Shown here: positions 1 through 9,563 of the stretch, piece by piece
How positions within the stretch are numbered: position 1 is the stretch's first letter
Layout of the letters: every line of letters starts with the position of its first letter
NCBI GenBank assembly: GCA_965263035.1
Contig: OZ253580.1
Location: 1,184,001-1,248,000, forward strand
Direction: 5' to 3'
Source of the DNA: Acidobacteriota bacterium
GTDB lineage: Bacteria > Acidobacteriota > UBA6911 > RPQK01 > JAJDTT01
DNA length: 64,000 nucleotides
Notes under the pieces: model-generated
What the model saw: only the letters and a program-made list of their open reading frames with translations
What the model was told of the DNA's origin: nothing
The model's database searches: none
Made by a program: the position numbers and the translations under genes

Positions 1-206
1 AGCCGGCGCTCGAATTGCTGGGCGAGATACTGTTGGCGATAGACCGGGACGACGACGCAGCAAAGGCATTCCAGGCATCCCTGGAGCGCACCCCCAGGCG
101 CGCCCTCTCACTGCAGGGTTTGCACAAAGCTGCGACGGCCGCAGGCGATCAGGAGGCCGCCGAACGGGTGAATCTCGAGTTGCGGGACCTGGCGTCGAGA
201 CTCTGA
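1..206 (+). CDS. C-terminal end of a TPR-like protein (partial, runs off window start)
   Basis: Helical repeat-like sequence ELLGEILLAIDRDDDAAKAFQASLERTPRRALSLQGL; stop TGA ends at 206. Confidence 0.6.
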   Translation, partial: PALELLGEILLAIDRDDDAAKAFQASLERTPRRALSLQGLHKAATAAGDQEAAERVNLELRDLASRL

Positions 207-218
207 GTCCAACCCCCG

Positions 219-305
219 GGAGCGGCGGTTTCCAACCGCCGAACTCCCGATGGTGCAAGGGGGAATGAGCACACGGAGGAATGGGCGACTGGAATTCGCC
301 CCTCC
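219..305. repeat. Inverted pair of REP-like palindromes (REPIN-like)
   Basis: GGAGCGGCGGTTTCCAACCGCCG at 219-241; 283-305 reverse-complements to GGAGGGGCGAATTCCAGTCGCCC; both are GGAG + hairpin, located just after a stop codon. Confidence 0.6.
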
Positions 306-343
306 TGAGCCGCCGTTCCCAAGTTCCCCACAAAGAGAGATGA

Positions 344-392
344 TTTGCTATGGATAGCAAAAAATGACCCACAATTTGCTATAGACAGTAAA
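344..392. promoter_or_regulatory. Tandem palindromic operator-like sites
   Basis: TTTGCTAT-GG-ATAGCAAA (344-361, perfect 8-bp arms) and degenerate copy TTTGCTAT-AG-ACAGTAAA (375-392). Confidence 0.5.
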
Positions 393-524
393 CACCTCCC
401 CAAATATCCAAAGACGACCGTCGGCGTTGGCATGGAGTCGCGCCGTTGACTCGGAGCCGGGGCCGGAAACATACTCTGATCCGGTCGACCTGACCGTCGT
501 TAGAAACCATAGAGGAGAGGATTC

Positions 525-2261
525 GTGGGACTCGGACCGGACCTCGGAAGGTGCATTCGCTCAGGTTTCGTGGCGCTTTGGACCCTGGTGGGACCGATCG
601 CCTGTTCCCCGCCGCCGGAAGGCCCGGAGACGGCGGCAGTCGGCCCCGAGGAGGTGCGGAAGGCCCTGAAACAGGCGGTGGAGTTCTTCCGCACTCAGGT
701 GTCCACCTCCGGCGGTTACCATTTCCGTTACGCGACGGACCTGAGCTACGGGCGGTCCGAGGCGGCCGAGGGTCCGTCTCAGGTCACGGTGCAGACCGGA
801 GGAACGCCCCGGGTGGGAATGGCCTACCTGAGGGCCTACGAGGCCACGGGAGACCCCGGCTATCTGGAAGCGGCGCGGGAGACCGCACTGCTGCTGGTTC
901 GGGGTCAGCACTGCTCCGGGGGTTGGGACTACATCATCGAGTTGGACCCCGAAAAGCGCCGATCGTATCCCTACCGAGTCGACGGGAATTGTGCGGAGAG
1001 ACCGGATACCGCTCCGGAAGAAGTGGCCTCCGGACCCAAAGCGGCCAGTACGCTGGACGACAACGTCACTCAAGGCGCTCTCCGGCTTCTCATGAGGGTG
1101 GATCGGGAATTGGGATTCCAGGACCCGAAGATCCACGAGGCGAGCCTCTATGCTCTCGATCAACTGGCCCGGGCCCAATACCCCAACGGCGCCTGGCCCC
1201 AGCGTTTTCGGGTACTGTCCGATCCCGGTCTCCCGGCCACCCGGTCCGCCGGGTATCCCGGCTCGTGGTCTCGCGAATGGCCGGGTCCCGATTACCGCCA
1301 TCATTACACCCTCAACGACAACGCCATTCTGGACGTGATCGACACCTTCCTGGAGGCGGCACGAATCTATGGCGAGCCTCGCTACCGGGCCGTGGCCGAA
1401 AAGGGGGGCGACTTCCTCCTGCTGGCCCAGATGCCCGATCCCCAGCCCGCCTGGGCCCAACAGTATGACGGCCGGATGCACCCCGCCTGGGGCAGGATCT
1501 TCGAGCCGCCGTCGGTCACCGGCTCCGAGTCTCAGTCGGTCCTGCAGATGCTCCTGGTCCTGTACCGCGAGACCGGCCGGAAGAAGTACCTGGAGCCGAT
1601 TCCTCGGGCCGTCGAGTACCTCCGGAAATCCAACCTGCCCTCCGATGGACCCTGGCGCGAGGAAGGCGGGCGATGCGGTCCGGACGCACTCTGTCTGGCT
1701 CGATTCTATGAGCTCGGCACCAATCGGCCCCTCTTCGTCACCAAGGGGAGCCGGGTCCGGATGGAAAAGGGAACCAGCCGCCTGCTGGACGGATACGAGC
1801 TGAGCTACTCGCCCGAGAGCGTCATCACCCACTACGGTCTCTGGACCGACGGCAGCCGCCTGGAGAAGACGGAGCAGGAATACCGGTCACTGCTCTCCCA
1901 GGACCCCTCGGCCATTGGACGCCCGGAGCGCCTCCACGGCCTCTCGCCCTGGCGGGGGGAGACTTCGTTTCCCTCGGGCCCGGAGCTGTCCGGCCGGGTC
2001 CGGAATCTGGTGCAGAGCCTGGACCCGCGCGGGGCGTGGGTCCAGGAGGGGTCGGTGGGCAAGGCCGACCCGATAATATTCCTGTTTGCAGCCGAAGACA
2101 TGGTCGTGACCATCGATGATCGGGCGATCCCTCTGAAAGAGAACGGGAGGCTGACCGTCTTTCGAGGAGACAAGCCACCGCTGGAGCGAATCATCAACTC
2201 CCGAACCTTCGCCCGAAATATCGAGACCATGGCCGCCTTCCTGAGCGAGAGCGGCCGGTGA
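525..2261 (+). CDS. Pectate lyase PelA/PL10-like lipoprotein (start uncertain)
   Basis: Motifs STLDDNVT, AQYPNGAWPQ, TLNDNA, QPAWAQQYD, ARFYEL; lipobox-like PIAC. Confidence 0.75.
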   Translation: MGLGPDLGRCIRSGFVALWTLVGPIACSPPPEGPETAAVGPEEVRKALKQAVEFFRTQVSTSGGYHFRYATDLSYGRSEAAEGPSQVTVQTGGTPRVGMAYLRAYEATGDPGYLEAARETALLLVRGQHCSGGWDYIIELDPEKRRSYPYRVDGNCAERPDTAPEEVASGPKAASTLDDNVTQGALRLLMRVDRELGFQDPKIHEASLYALDQLARAQYPNGAWPQRFRVLSDPGLPATRSAGYPGSWSREWPGPDYRHHYTLNDNAILDVIDTFLEAARIYGEPRYRAVAEKGGDFLLLAQMPDPQPAWAQQYDGRMHPAWGRIFEPPSVTGSESQSVLQMLLVLYRETGRKKYLEPIPRAVEYLRKSNLPSDGPWREEGGRCGPDALCLARFYELGTNRPLFVTKGSRVRMEKGTSRLLDGYELSYSPESVITHYGLWTDGSRLEKTEQEYRSLLSQDPSAIGRPERLHGLSPWRGETSFPSGPELSGRVRNLVQSLDPRGAWVQEGSVGKADPIIFLFAAEDMVVTIDDRAIPLKENGRLTVFRGDKPPLERIINSRTFARNIETMAAFLSESGR

Positions 2262-2277
2262 CGAGGAGCCTCCCGTC

Positions 2278-3738
2278 GTGACCTGGGTCGGGGAACACGG
2301 CCTGGTGCTGGCGCTCTTTGGAGTCTACACGGCACTCATGGTCTACCACGCCTGGATCGGGCAACGCCGGACCCGAGGCTGGATGGACTTCTTCGTCGGC
2401 GGACGGTCCCTGGGAGGCGTCACGCTGGGGATCTCGTTTTTCGCCACCTACGCCAGTACCAACAGCTATGTGGGTTTCTCGGGCCAAGCCTACAGCTACG
2501 GCTTGTCCTGGTTGCTCCTGGTGCCCTTCGCGGTGGGTTTCACCTGGATGGCCTGGATCTGGGTGGCGCCCCGGCTGCGGGAGCGGACCGCCTCGCTGGG
2601 CTCGGTCACCGTTCCCGACTTCATCGGATTCCGCTATGCCAGCACTCCGGCACGGGTGGGAGCGGCCCTGCTGGTTCTCTTCTCCAGCGTGATCTACATG
2701 ACCGCGGTCTTCAAAGGCATCGGCAACCTGCTGGAGGCGGTCCTGGAGGTCCCCTACTGGACGGCCATCGGAATGGTCCTGGTCGTCGTCATGCTCTACA
2801 CGGCGGTGGGCGGCTTTCATTCGGTAGTCCGAACCGATGTGATCCAGGGCGGCATGATGATCGTCGCCGCCGTGGTGCTCTTCACGGGGACTTACCGGGC
2901 CGCCGGCGGCTGGGAGCCGATTTCCCAGGTTGTGGATCAGGTTCCTTCCTCGGTAGCGGGACCGCTTCCGCTGACTCTGCTGCTGGGCGTCATCTTCGCC
3001 ACCACCATCAAGGCACTGGTGGAGCCCAGGCAGCTCTCCCGCTTCTACGCCCTGGAAAACCGGAAGGCGGTCCGTCACGGCACCTGGATCTCACCGGGAA
3101 TATTTCTGCTGGTGTTCAGCCTGCTGACGCCCATCGGGCTGTTCGCGCGCCGGATTCTGCCCCCGGGGCTGGAAGACACGGACCGGGTCGTGCCGGCGCT
3201 TCTGGCCGGGGGGGAGGTCTTCGGTCCCTTCGTGAGCGCCTTTCTCTTCGTGGCCATGGTGTCCGCCGCCATGTCCTCTCTGGATTCGGTGCTTCTGGTC
3301 GTGGCCTCCACCTGCGAGCGGGATCTGGTGGGCCTGATCTGGAAGGGCCGCAGCGAACGCGCCATCCTGCAGTGCACTCGAGTCTACGTCGCTCTCTTCG
3401 CCGTGGTGACCGCCCTGGTGGCGTTGAACCCTCCGGGGGGCGTCGTCTCCATCACCGCATTCTCCGGGAGCCTTTACGCCGCTTGCTTCCTGCCCAGCCT
3501 GCTGTTCGGACTCTATTGGAACCGAGGCAACGGCCGGGCGGTGCTGACCTCCTATGCCGCGGGGATCGCCTGCCTGATCGTCTGGCCCCATCTCCCGGAG
3601 GTTGCCCTGGTCCACCGCGTCTTCCCGGCGGTGATCCTCTCGACTCTCGCCTACGTCTCGGTATCCCTCCTGACCCCTCCGGCGTCCCCCGTTTCCGAAG
3701 TCGAGCATTCTGGAGTCTCGCGCCGCCGGCGAGCGTGA
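2278..3738 (+). CDS. Sodium:solute symporter (SSS) family permease
   Basis: DFFVGGRSLG, YTAVGG...VVRTDVIQG, SAAMSSLDS motifs; about 13 hydrophobic segments. Confidence 0.9.
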   Translation: MTWVGEHGLVLALFGVYTALMVYHAWIGQRRTRGWMDFFVGGRSLGGVTLGISFFATYASTNSYVGFSGQAYSYGLSWLLLVPFAVGFTWMAWIWVAPRLRERTASLGSVTVPDFIGFRYASTPARVGAALLVLFSSVIYMTAVFKGIGNLLEAVLEVPYWTAIGMVLVVVMLYTAVGGFHSVVRTDVIQGGMMIVAAVVLFTGTYRAAGGWEPISQVVDQVPSSVAGPLPLTLLLGVIFATTIKALVEPRQLSRFYALENRKAVRHGTWISPGIFLLVFSLLTPIGLFARRILPPGLEDTDRVVPALLAGGEVFGPFVSAFLFVAMVSAAMSSLDSVLLVVASTCERDLVGLIWKGRSERAILQCTRVYVALFAVVTALVALNPPGGVVSITAFSGSLYAACFLPSLLFGLYWNRGNGRAVLTSYAAGIACLIVWPHLPEVALVHRVFPAVILSTLAYVSVSLLTPPASPVSEVEHSGVSRRRRA

Positions 3739-3776
3739 AAGTCCCCGCGGCGGACTGGTAACATCACGGGACTCCA

Positions 3777-4928
3777 ATGAAGGCGCTACTGCTGGAACGC
3801 CCGGGACAGCTCGAGGTGGCCGACGTCCCGGAACCGGAATGCGGAGATCACGACGTCGTGATCCAGGTCGGGGCCGTAGGCGTCTGCGGCACCGACTTCC
3901 ACATCTTTCAGGGCGAAGCCAACTACAACTCCGATGCCGGCGGCCGGCCGATCCCTCTCCCGGTCCAGCCCCAGATCCTGGGGCACGAGTTCTGCGGAAC
4001 CGTTCTGGAAGCGGGCGCCAGGGTTCGAGATCTGTCGCCGGGGGACAGGGTGGCCGTGGACCAGGGCCTGAACTGCTACAGCCAGCGGATCACTCCGGTC
4101 TGCGAGTACTGTGCCGGCGGGGACTCGCACCAGTGTCTCCACTATCAGGAACTGGGCATCACCGGAATTCCGGGAGCCATGCGGGAACGGGTCGCGATTC
4201 CCGCGGTGAACGCGGTCCGGCTGGAGGGAGAGATGGGATTCCCGGAAACCGCCCTGTCGGAACCTCTGGGATGTATCCTCCACGCCCTCGACCGGGTGGT
4301 TCGCACCCCTGCCCGCTACATGTTCCATCCAGAATCTCATGGATCGCGAACCATGGAAAACGTCCTGATCCTGGGCGCCGGACCGGCCGGCCTTCTGTTC
4401 CTGCAGAACCTCCGGAGAGAAGTGGGATTCGAAGGGACCGTTCTGGTGGCCGATCGTGTCCCGGAGAAGTTGAACCTGGTGGAACGCCTCGGAGGAACGC
4501 CTTTGGACGTGGCCCAATCCGATCTGGTGGAAATGGTCTCGCACCTGACCCGGGGCCGGAAGATCGACCTGCTCATCGAGGCCACCGGAAGCGGAGCCGC
4601 CTTTCGGACCATTTCCTCACTGGTTCGCAAGCAGGCTACCGTGCTGCTCTACGGGCACGGGCACCAGGGGACCGATCTGAGCGTCATCAATCGCCTGCTC
4701 TTTCTGGAACCGACGCTGGTGGTCTCGGTGGGAGCCTCGGGCATGCTGAACCCGGCGACCCGGCGGTCCGAGACCACGACCCGGGCCGTAGAGCTGATTC
4801 AGACGGGTCAAGTGGACGTCCGATCCCTCATCACTCACCGCTATCCGACCTTGGAGACGGTGAGGGGCGCCTTCGGCGGCGACTCCAGGGACGCGGCCTA
4901 CATCAAGGGCGTCCTGCAGGTCTCCTGA
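3777..4928 (+). CDS. Zinc-dependent medium-chain alcohol/polyol dehydrogenase
   Basis: GVCGTDFH, ILGHEFCG, structural Zn cysteines (C..CEYC..C), Rossmann GAGPAG. Confidence 0.9.
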   Translation: MKALLLERPGQLEVADVPEPECGDHDVVIQVGAVGVCGTDFHIFQGEANYNSDAGGRPIPLPVQPQILGHEFCGTVLEAGARVRDLSPGDRVAVDQGLNCYSQRITPVCEYCAGGDSHQCLHYQELGITGIPGAMRERVAIPAVNAVRLEGEMGFPETALSEPLGCILHALDRVVRTPARYMFHPESHGSRTMENVLILGAGPAGLLFLQNLRREVGFEGTVLVADRVPEKLNLVERLGGTPLDVAQSDLVEMVSHLTRGRKIDLLIEATGSGAAFRTISSLVRKQATVLLYGHGHQGTDLSVINRLLFLEPTLVVSVGASGMLNPATRRSETTTRAVELIQTGQVDVRSLITHRYPTLETVRGAFGGDSRDAAYIKGVLQVS

Positions 4929-4997
4929 AAGATCTCGCGAATCGTCGCAGGTTTCAGGATCGACTCACGGTGCCGGCCGACATCCGGTGGGAGCCGG

Positions 4998-6041
4998 CTA
5001 CACGATCTGGGGACCCTCGATGGGCTCTTCGGGAGCGTCTTCCAGTCCCAGATCCTCCAGGACGAGCCGGCGGATCTGCTTCAACTCACCTCTCCCCTGG
5101 GGCGTGAGGGTGTTCAACAGGAGCCGGGGCAGATGGTTTCGGAGCCACTGCCGGACGAAATGGCCGGGGATTCCCAGACGGCGGCAGGGCCAGACGATCT
5201 TGTCGGCCACCATGCGGGTGCGCTCCAGAAGCCCGAACGAGGAAATGACCGGCTCGTTGAGTGTGGTCCGATTGAACACCACCAGACAGGCGCCGGCCAG
5301 GAGACTCTCCACCGTCACCACCGACTCGCAGCCGTGCCTGAAATAGGCGTCCTCCGTGCCCCCGCACAGATTCGGCCCGGTCAGGAAGACCTGCCGGGCA
5401 AGATCGCGGGTGAGTATCTTGAATCCGGAGTGGAAATCGGGAAACTCCTCCAGCACCGTGGCGTATTCGAGCCGCAAAGGACGCCCCTGGACCGTGGCGG
5501 AATAGGCCAGGGCGTCCAGTAGAACGCGGTCCGCCAATTCCTCCATCTCGCCCCGCATGAGACCCATGGGCCGATGCCTGGTGATTCTTCTCCCCAGCAC
5601 CAGGATCTCCAGATCCGGTTCCCGCCGGCGCGCGTATTGGGCCGACCGGATCCCGTTGGCGAGCTCGTGAGGAAAGTGGTCCCCGTCCGCGTCCAGCGAG
5701 GCCAGATAGTCATGGCCGCCTTCCTCCAGCAACACCTCCATGCCCCGCCGCACGGCTTGGAGTTTCCCTTTGTTCCGGGGGCACCAGGTGAGCCGGACCT
5801 GGAACCGGCGGGACAGGATCTCCCCAATGTCTCTCCCGTAGGGTTCGCCGTCCACGCTCAAACAGACGGACTCGGGCCGTTCGACTTGGCGGACGCAGGC
5901 ATCAACGGTGTCCGCCAGCAGGTCGTGACCCACCTGCCGATCCACCCCGGGTGGAAAGAAAACGGGAATGACGATGCCGGTCGACGTGCGCACCGCCTCC
6001 GAGCTGGAGCGGAAGGAGTGAGGCTGGATCATGTCTGACAT
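4998..6041 (-). CDS. Glycosyltransferase family 2 (GT-A)-like protein
   Basis: IVIPV, VDG, NKGK..AV..G, LDADGDH (DxD), D..SGFK motifs. Confidence 0.7.
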   Translation of the reverse strand: MSDMIQPHSFRSSSEAVRTSTGIVIPVFFPPGVDRQVGHDLLADTVDACVRQVERPESVCLSVDGEPYGRDIGEILSRRFQVRLTWCPRNKGKLQAVRRGMEVLLEEGGHDYLASLDADGDHFPHELANGIRSAQYARRREPDLEILVLGRRITRHRPMGLMRGEMEELADRVLLDALAYSATVQGRPLRLEYATVLEEFPDFHSGFKILTRDLARQVFLTGPNLCGGTEDAYFRHGCESVVTVESLLAGACLVVFNRTTLNEPVISSFGLLERTRMVADKIVWPCRRLGIPGHFVRQWLRNHLPRLLLNTLTPQGRGELKQIRRLVLEDLGLEDAPEEPIEGPQIV

Positions 6042-6127
6042 CCGCGGTGCCGAGCCTACCGGATGCTGCCCCCTGCCAACAGCCCCTCAGAAAAGATTCA
6101 CCATCGGCGGCGGCGTTCGCTCCGGCT

Positions 6128-7069
6128 TCACTCCGACTTGATCTGGAGCAGCTTCAGAAGCCTCCGGTCCCTGTCGTCCAGGACTTTCCCCGATTCGTCG
6201 CCGGAATATTCGTAAAAGCCGCCGCCGCTCTTGATGCCCAACCGACCCGATGCCACCAGGGTTTCCAGCAGTCGGAGACCTCCCCGGGCCGCCGACAGGT
6301 GAGGGTTCAAGTTCCGGGTGACGATGTTGAACACGTCCAGGCCGCCCAGATCGGCGATCTCCAGGGGACCCAGCAGAGCCCATCGCATTCCCAATCCGTC
6401 CTTCATCGCCGTATCGATCTCTTCGCTGGTGACGACGCCCTCCTCCACCAGGTGAACCGCCTCCCGGACCACGGCGGCCTGGAGCCGGACGGTGACATAT
6501 CCGGGGACCTCTTTGCGCACCACGATCGGCTGTTTCCCGATCCTGCGGGCCAAGTTCATGACCAAGTCGATGGTCCGGTCGGAGGTGGCCTTTCCCGGGA
6601 TGACCTCCACCAGCGGAATGATGTGGGCGGGATTCAGGAAATGGAGACCGGCAAAACGTTCGGGCGGGGATCCCGCCTCCGCCATCCGGGAGATGCTCAA
6701 CCACGAAGTGTTGGTGGTCAAGATGGCATCGGGACGGCAAATTCGAGTCAAAGAGCGGAAGAGTTGGTTCTTGGCGTCCAGGTCTTCGGCGATGGACTCG
6801 ATCACGAAATCGACCGGGGCCAGGTCGGAAAGCTCCAGCGTGGACTTCAGGCGGGTCATGGAATCTCTGGCTTCCCCAGCCGAAAGGGCGCCCGATTCGA
6901 TGAGGATTTCCTGGTTCCGGCGGACCCCGCCGAGGCCCCGCTCGATGCCGGCGGCCGATCGGTTGTACCAGGTGACTTGGAAGCCCGACTGGGCGAAGAG
7001 CTGGGCGATGCCCGTCCCCATGGTCCCCGCTCCCGCCACTCCGATTCTCCTGATCTGTTCCAAACGCAT
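6128..7069 (-). CDS. 3-hydroxyacyl-CoA dehydrogenase family protein
   Basis: GAGTMGTGIA, VIESIAEDL..K, NTS, GLHFLNPAH, GPLEIADLGGLD, LGIKSGGGFY. Confidence 0.92.
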   Translation of the reverse strand: MRLEQIRRIGVAGAGTMGTGIAQLFAQSGFQVTWYNRSAAGIERGLGGVRRNQEILIESGALSAGEARDSMTRLKSTLELSDLAPVDFVIESIAEDLDAKNQLFRSLTRICRPDAILTTNTSWLSISRMAEAGSPPERFAGLHFLNPAHIIPLVEVIPGKATSDRTIDLVMNLARRIGKQPIVVRKEVPGYVTVRLQAAVVREAVHLVEEGVVTSEEIDTAMKDGLGMRWALLGPLEIADLGGLDVFNIVTRNLNPHLSAARGGLRLLETLVASGRLGIKSGGGFYEYSGDESGKVLDDRDRRLLKLLQIKSE

Positions 7070-7097
7070 ATCCTCCCCTCCGCCGGATCGCGGCCCG

Positions 7098-8441
7098 TTA
7101 CTTGACGTGGAAATCGATCATCCTTTCGATGGCTTCCCTGCAGACCGGACAGAATTCGGGCTCATTGCGGCTGAACATCACGCAAGTCAATGCTGGACGA
7201 TAAAGCCCCATGGAGGTGTAGCTGGCTCCTTCGAAAGCGCCGACGACCCCCGCATAAGGCTCCATCTGCAAAACTTTCGGCGCAGCAACCGAATTCTTTT
7301 CGTTATCGCGGCTCCTGAGCTCGTGCCCCTGCTTGTCCCACGGAGTGGGAAGCGGCGTTTCCTCCTGCACCAGATGGCCCCATTTGAGCCGGGCCGGGTC
7401 CAGCAGAGCCGTGATGTTCGGCTCCCAAGGCTCCACGCCGGGCGCCATCAGGTCCAGATAGGCCACGGTCGAGGTGAAGTACTCGTCTCCAAGACCGGCG
7501 AAGAGATGCCCGAACTCGTGCACCAGTAGGTGGGAGCTGTAGGAAGAATCCGCGGCGACCGCCGCATACAGGTTGAAAATCCCCCCTCCTCCGTACTCCT
7601 GGTTATTGACCAGGATGACCACGAAGTCACTGGGAACGGACGCCGCCGCGTTCCGCCAGGCCCGCTCGTCGGTGGTCAGGATGTAGCGCTTCAACCCAAG
7701 CGCATCGTAACGGGCGCCCAGGGGCGAATTCCTGACAACGCCGGCGCCGGGCCGGGACACGCCCGCGGCCACCGCGGGCGTAAAGAGACTCCGGACGTTG
7801 AAGTCGGTCCGGCGGGAGGCGAAGGGTTCGACCCGGAAGAGGGCTTCGGCGAGGCGCCGGCTGTCCCGCCTGAACTTTTCTTCTTCCGGATACCCGTCTC
7901 CCAGAAAGAGGAGGTCCACCTTGTCGGAAGAGGGACCGTTTCGCATCAACGTGGTCTCATCGGGGGACGTGGTTGGAGAACGGTCCACCTCGTTGGAGCT
8001 CGGGTCGATGAGAACGTCCCAGACCGGCTGGAACGCCTGTCGCCGGTCCCGCTTGTAGAGCTCCAACCGGACGGTTCGCCGCGGCTCCGGAAAGCAGACC
8101 GCTTCCGGGAAGGTGCGCCAGATTTCCTGCCTGGCCTCCTCCGTCGTCTCCCACTCCCCGTAGATGCTGGAGAACCCTCGGGAGAACAGGATTCGACCCG
8201 AATCGGGAACCACCAGTTGGAACCGGTATTTGCCCAAGCCTGTCGAATCCAGCAGACGTCGCGGATTTCCGGCCCAGGGGCCTTCGCCCTGAATTCGATC
8301 CAGGCTGAAACGCTCCCTCGAGGCCGTTCCGGTGTGGAAATAGTCGACCCGCATGAGGGCGCCCGTGAAGTCCCGGCGGTAGTCGTCCTCCACTTCCACG
8401 GCCATCCAGGCCATGGCCGCCAAGGCGATCCGAAACTGCAT
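7098..8441 (-). CDS. Peptidase M64 (IgA peptidase-like) metalloprotease
   Basis: N-terminal RVDYFHTG, GDGY, YGGGG, HEFGH zinc motif, GLGDEY, C-terminal YRP..CVM...FCPVC; start taken at ATG 8441. Confidence 0.88.
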   Translation of the reverse strand: MQFRIALAAMAWMAVEVEDDYRRDFTGALMRVDYFHTGTASRERFSLDRIQGEGPWAGNPRRLLDSTGLGKYRFQLVVPDSGRILFSRGFSSIYGEWETTEEARQEIWRTFPEAVCFPEPRRTVRLELYKRDRRQAFQPVWDVLIDPSSNEVDRSPTTSPDETTLMRNGPSSDKVDLLFLGDGYPEEEKFRRDSRRLAEALFRVEPFASRRTDFNVRSLFTPAVAAGVSRPGAGVVRNSPLGARYDALGLKRYILTTDERAWRNAAASVPSDFVVILVNNQEYGGGGIFNLYAAVAADSSYSSHLLVHEFGHLFAGLGDEYFTSTVAYLDLMAPGVEPWEPNITALLDPARLKWGHLVQEETPLPTPWDKQGHELRSRDNEKNSVAAPKVLQMEPYAGVVGAFEGASYTSMGLYRPALTCVMFSRNEPEFCPVCREAIERMIDFHVK

Positions 8442-8526
8442 CTGTCGTACCCTGTCGGCCGGCGGCGAGAGGCGTTCCGGTGCCCGGCCCCCAATGCAAT
8501 CCGGAGGAGAGCGTTTCGCCGCGGCT

Positions 8527-9450
8527 TCAGCTCGATTCGAAGCGGGCGAGAATCTCCATGAGCGAAAGCGGGTCGACCCGGGCTTTCCGGAGCCGAACGG
8601 ACCAATGAAGGTGCGGACCCGTGACCCGGCCCGTGGACCCGACATGACCGATGAGGTCTCCCCGCTCCACGCGGTCACCCTTCTTGACCGTAAAATTATC
8701 GAGGTGGGCGAAATAGGAATACAAGCCCTGGCCGTGGTCCAGAATCACCGTGTTTCCCGCATAGTAAAGATCCTGGACCAGAACCGTCACCCCGGCGTTG
8801 GGACTCTTGACCGGAGTGCCCCGGGAGGCGCGAAAGTCGGTCCCGCTATGAGGGCTCCGAGGCTTTCCGTTGAGGATGCTCCTCTTTCCGAAACTGCTGT
8901 TGGCGCGTCCCGGAACGGGCCGGAGGAAGAATCCGGACCAGTGCCTCTCGCTACCCACTTCGGCGAATATCCCGGAGACGAGCCGCGATTCCCGTTTGAT
9001 TCTGGCCAGGGACGCTTTGGGAGGAGTCACGAATTTTTCAGGCAGATTGAGCTTGCGCGTCGGGAAATTCTTCTTCTTGACCGTGATGCCGTGATCCGCC
9101 CGGGCAAAAATGCGGTCCTGCCCGTAGAGGTCGAACCGAAGGACATAGCCTCCCGGCTTGGTATTCAGATCGATTCCAACCAGGGCCCACCAGTTGGCCG
9201 GAACTCCTCCCAAGCCGGGCTCAAGCGGCAGGTTCTGCTGGAACACCCGCACTGCGACCCGGTCCACGCGGCGGGGAGCGGTCAGGGTGACCAGCATCAC
9301 CTCCCCCGGCTGGAAAGCTCTGGCGAGTGGAGTGATCCGGACGCCCTCCGGTGCATCGTCCGTGACCGGGGGCGGTTGTCCGAACGCGGGTCCGCTCAGG
9401 AGCAACAGCAAGCAAGGGAGGATTCGCATGACGTGCCGCGACAATATCAC
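8527..9450 (-). CDS. M23 family peptidoglycan endopeptidase
   Basis: HSGTDFRA, ILDHGQG, YFAHL, TGPHLHW motifs; signal peptide. Confidence 0.92.
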   Translation of the reverse strand: MILSRHVMRILPCLLLLLSGPAFGQPPPVTDDAPEGVRITPLARAFQPGEVMLVTLTAPRRVDRVAVRVFQQNLPLEPGLGGVPANWWALVGIDLNTKPGGYVLRFDLYGQDRIFARADHGITVKKKNFPTRKLNLPEKFVTPPKASLARIKRESRLVSGIFAEVGSERHWSGFFLRPVPGRANSSFGKRSILNGKPRSPHSGTDFRASRGTPVKSPNAGVTVLVQDLYYAGNTVILDHGQGLYSYFAHLDNFTVKKGDRVERGDLIGHVGSTGRVTGPHLHWSVRLRKARVDPLSLMEILARFESS

Positions 9451-9563
9451 GGCAGTCTGATGTCAAAGGATTCTGCTCCAAAGGTCTGGCCCCCGGGGAC
9501 TCCCCCCGCCCCGGGGGACTCCAGCTCGTTCAGCCAGTTTGTCTTCGGGAGCTGCGTGCGCCG

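Noticed and set aside
9490-9523. Short direct repeat CCCCGGGG(G)ACTCC x2
   Set aside because: Only two low-complexity GC-rich copies; not a CRISPR or a recognisable element.
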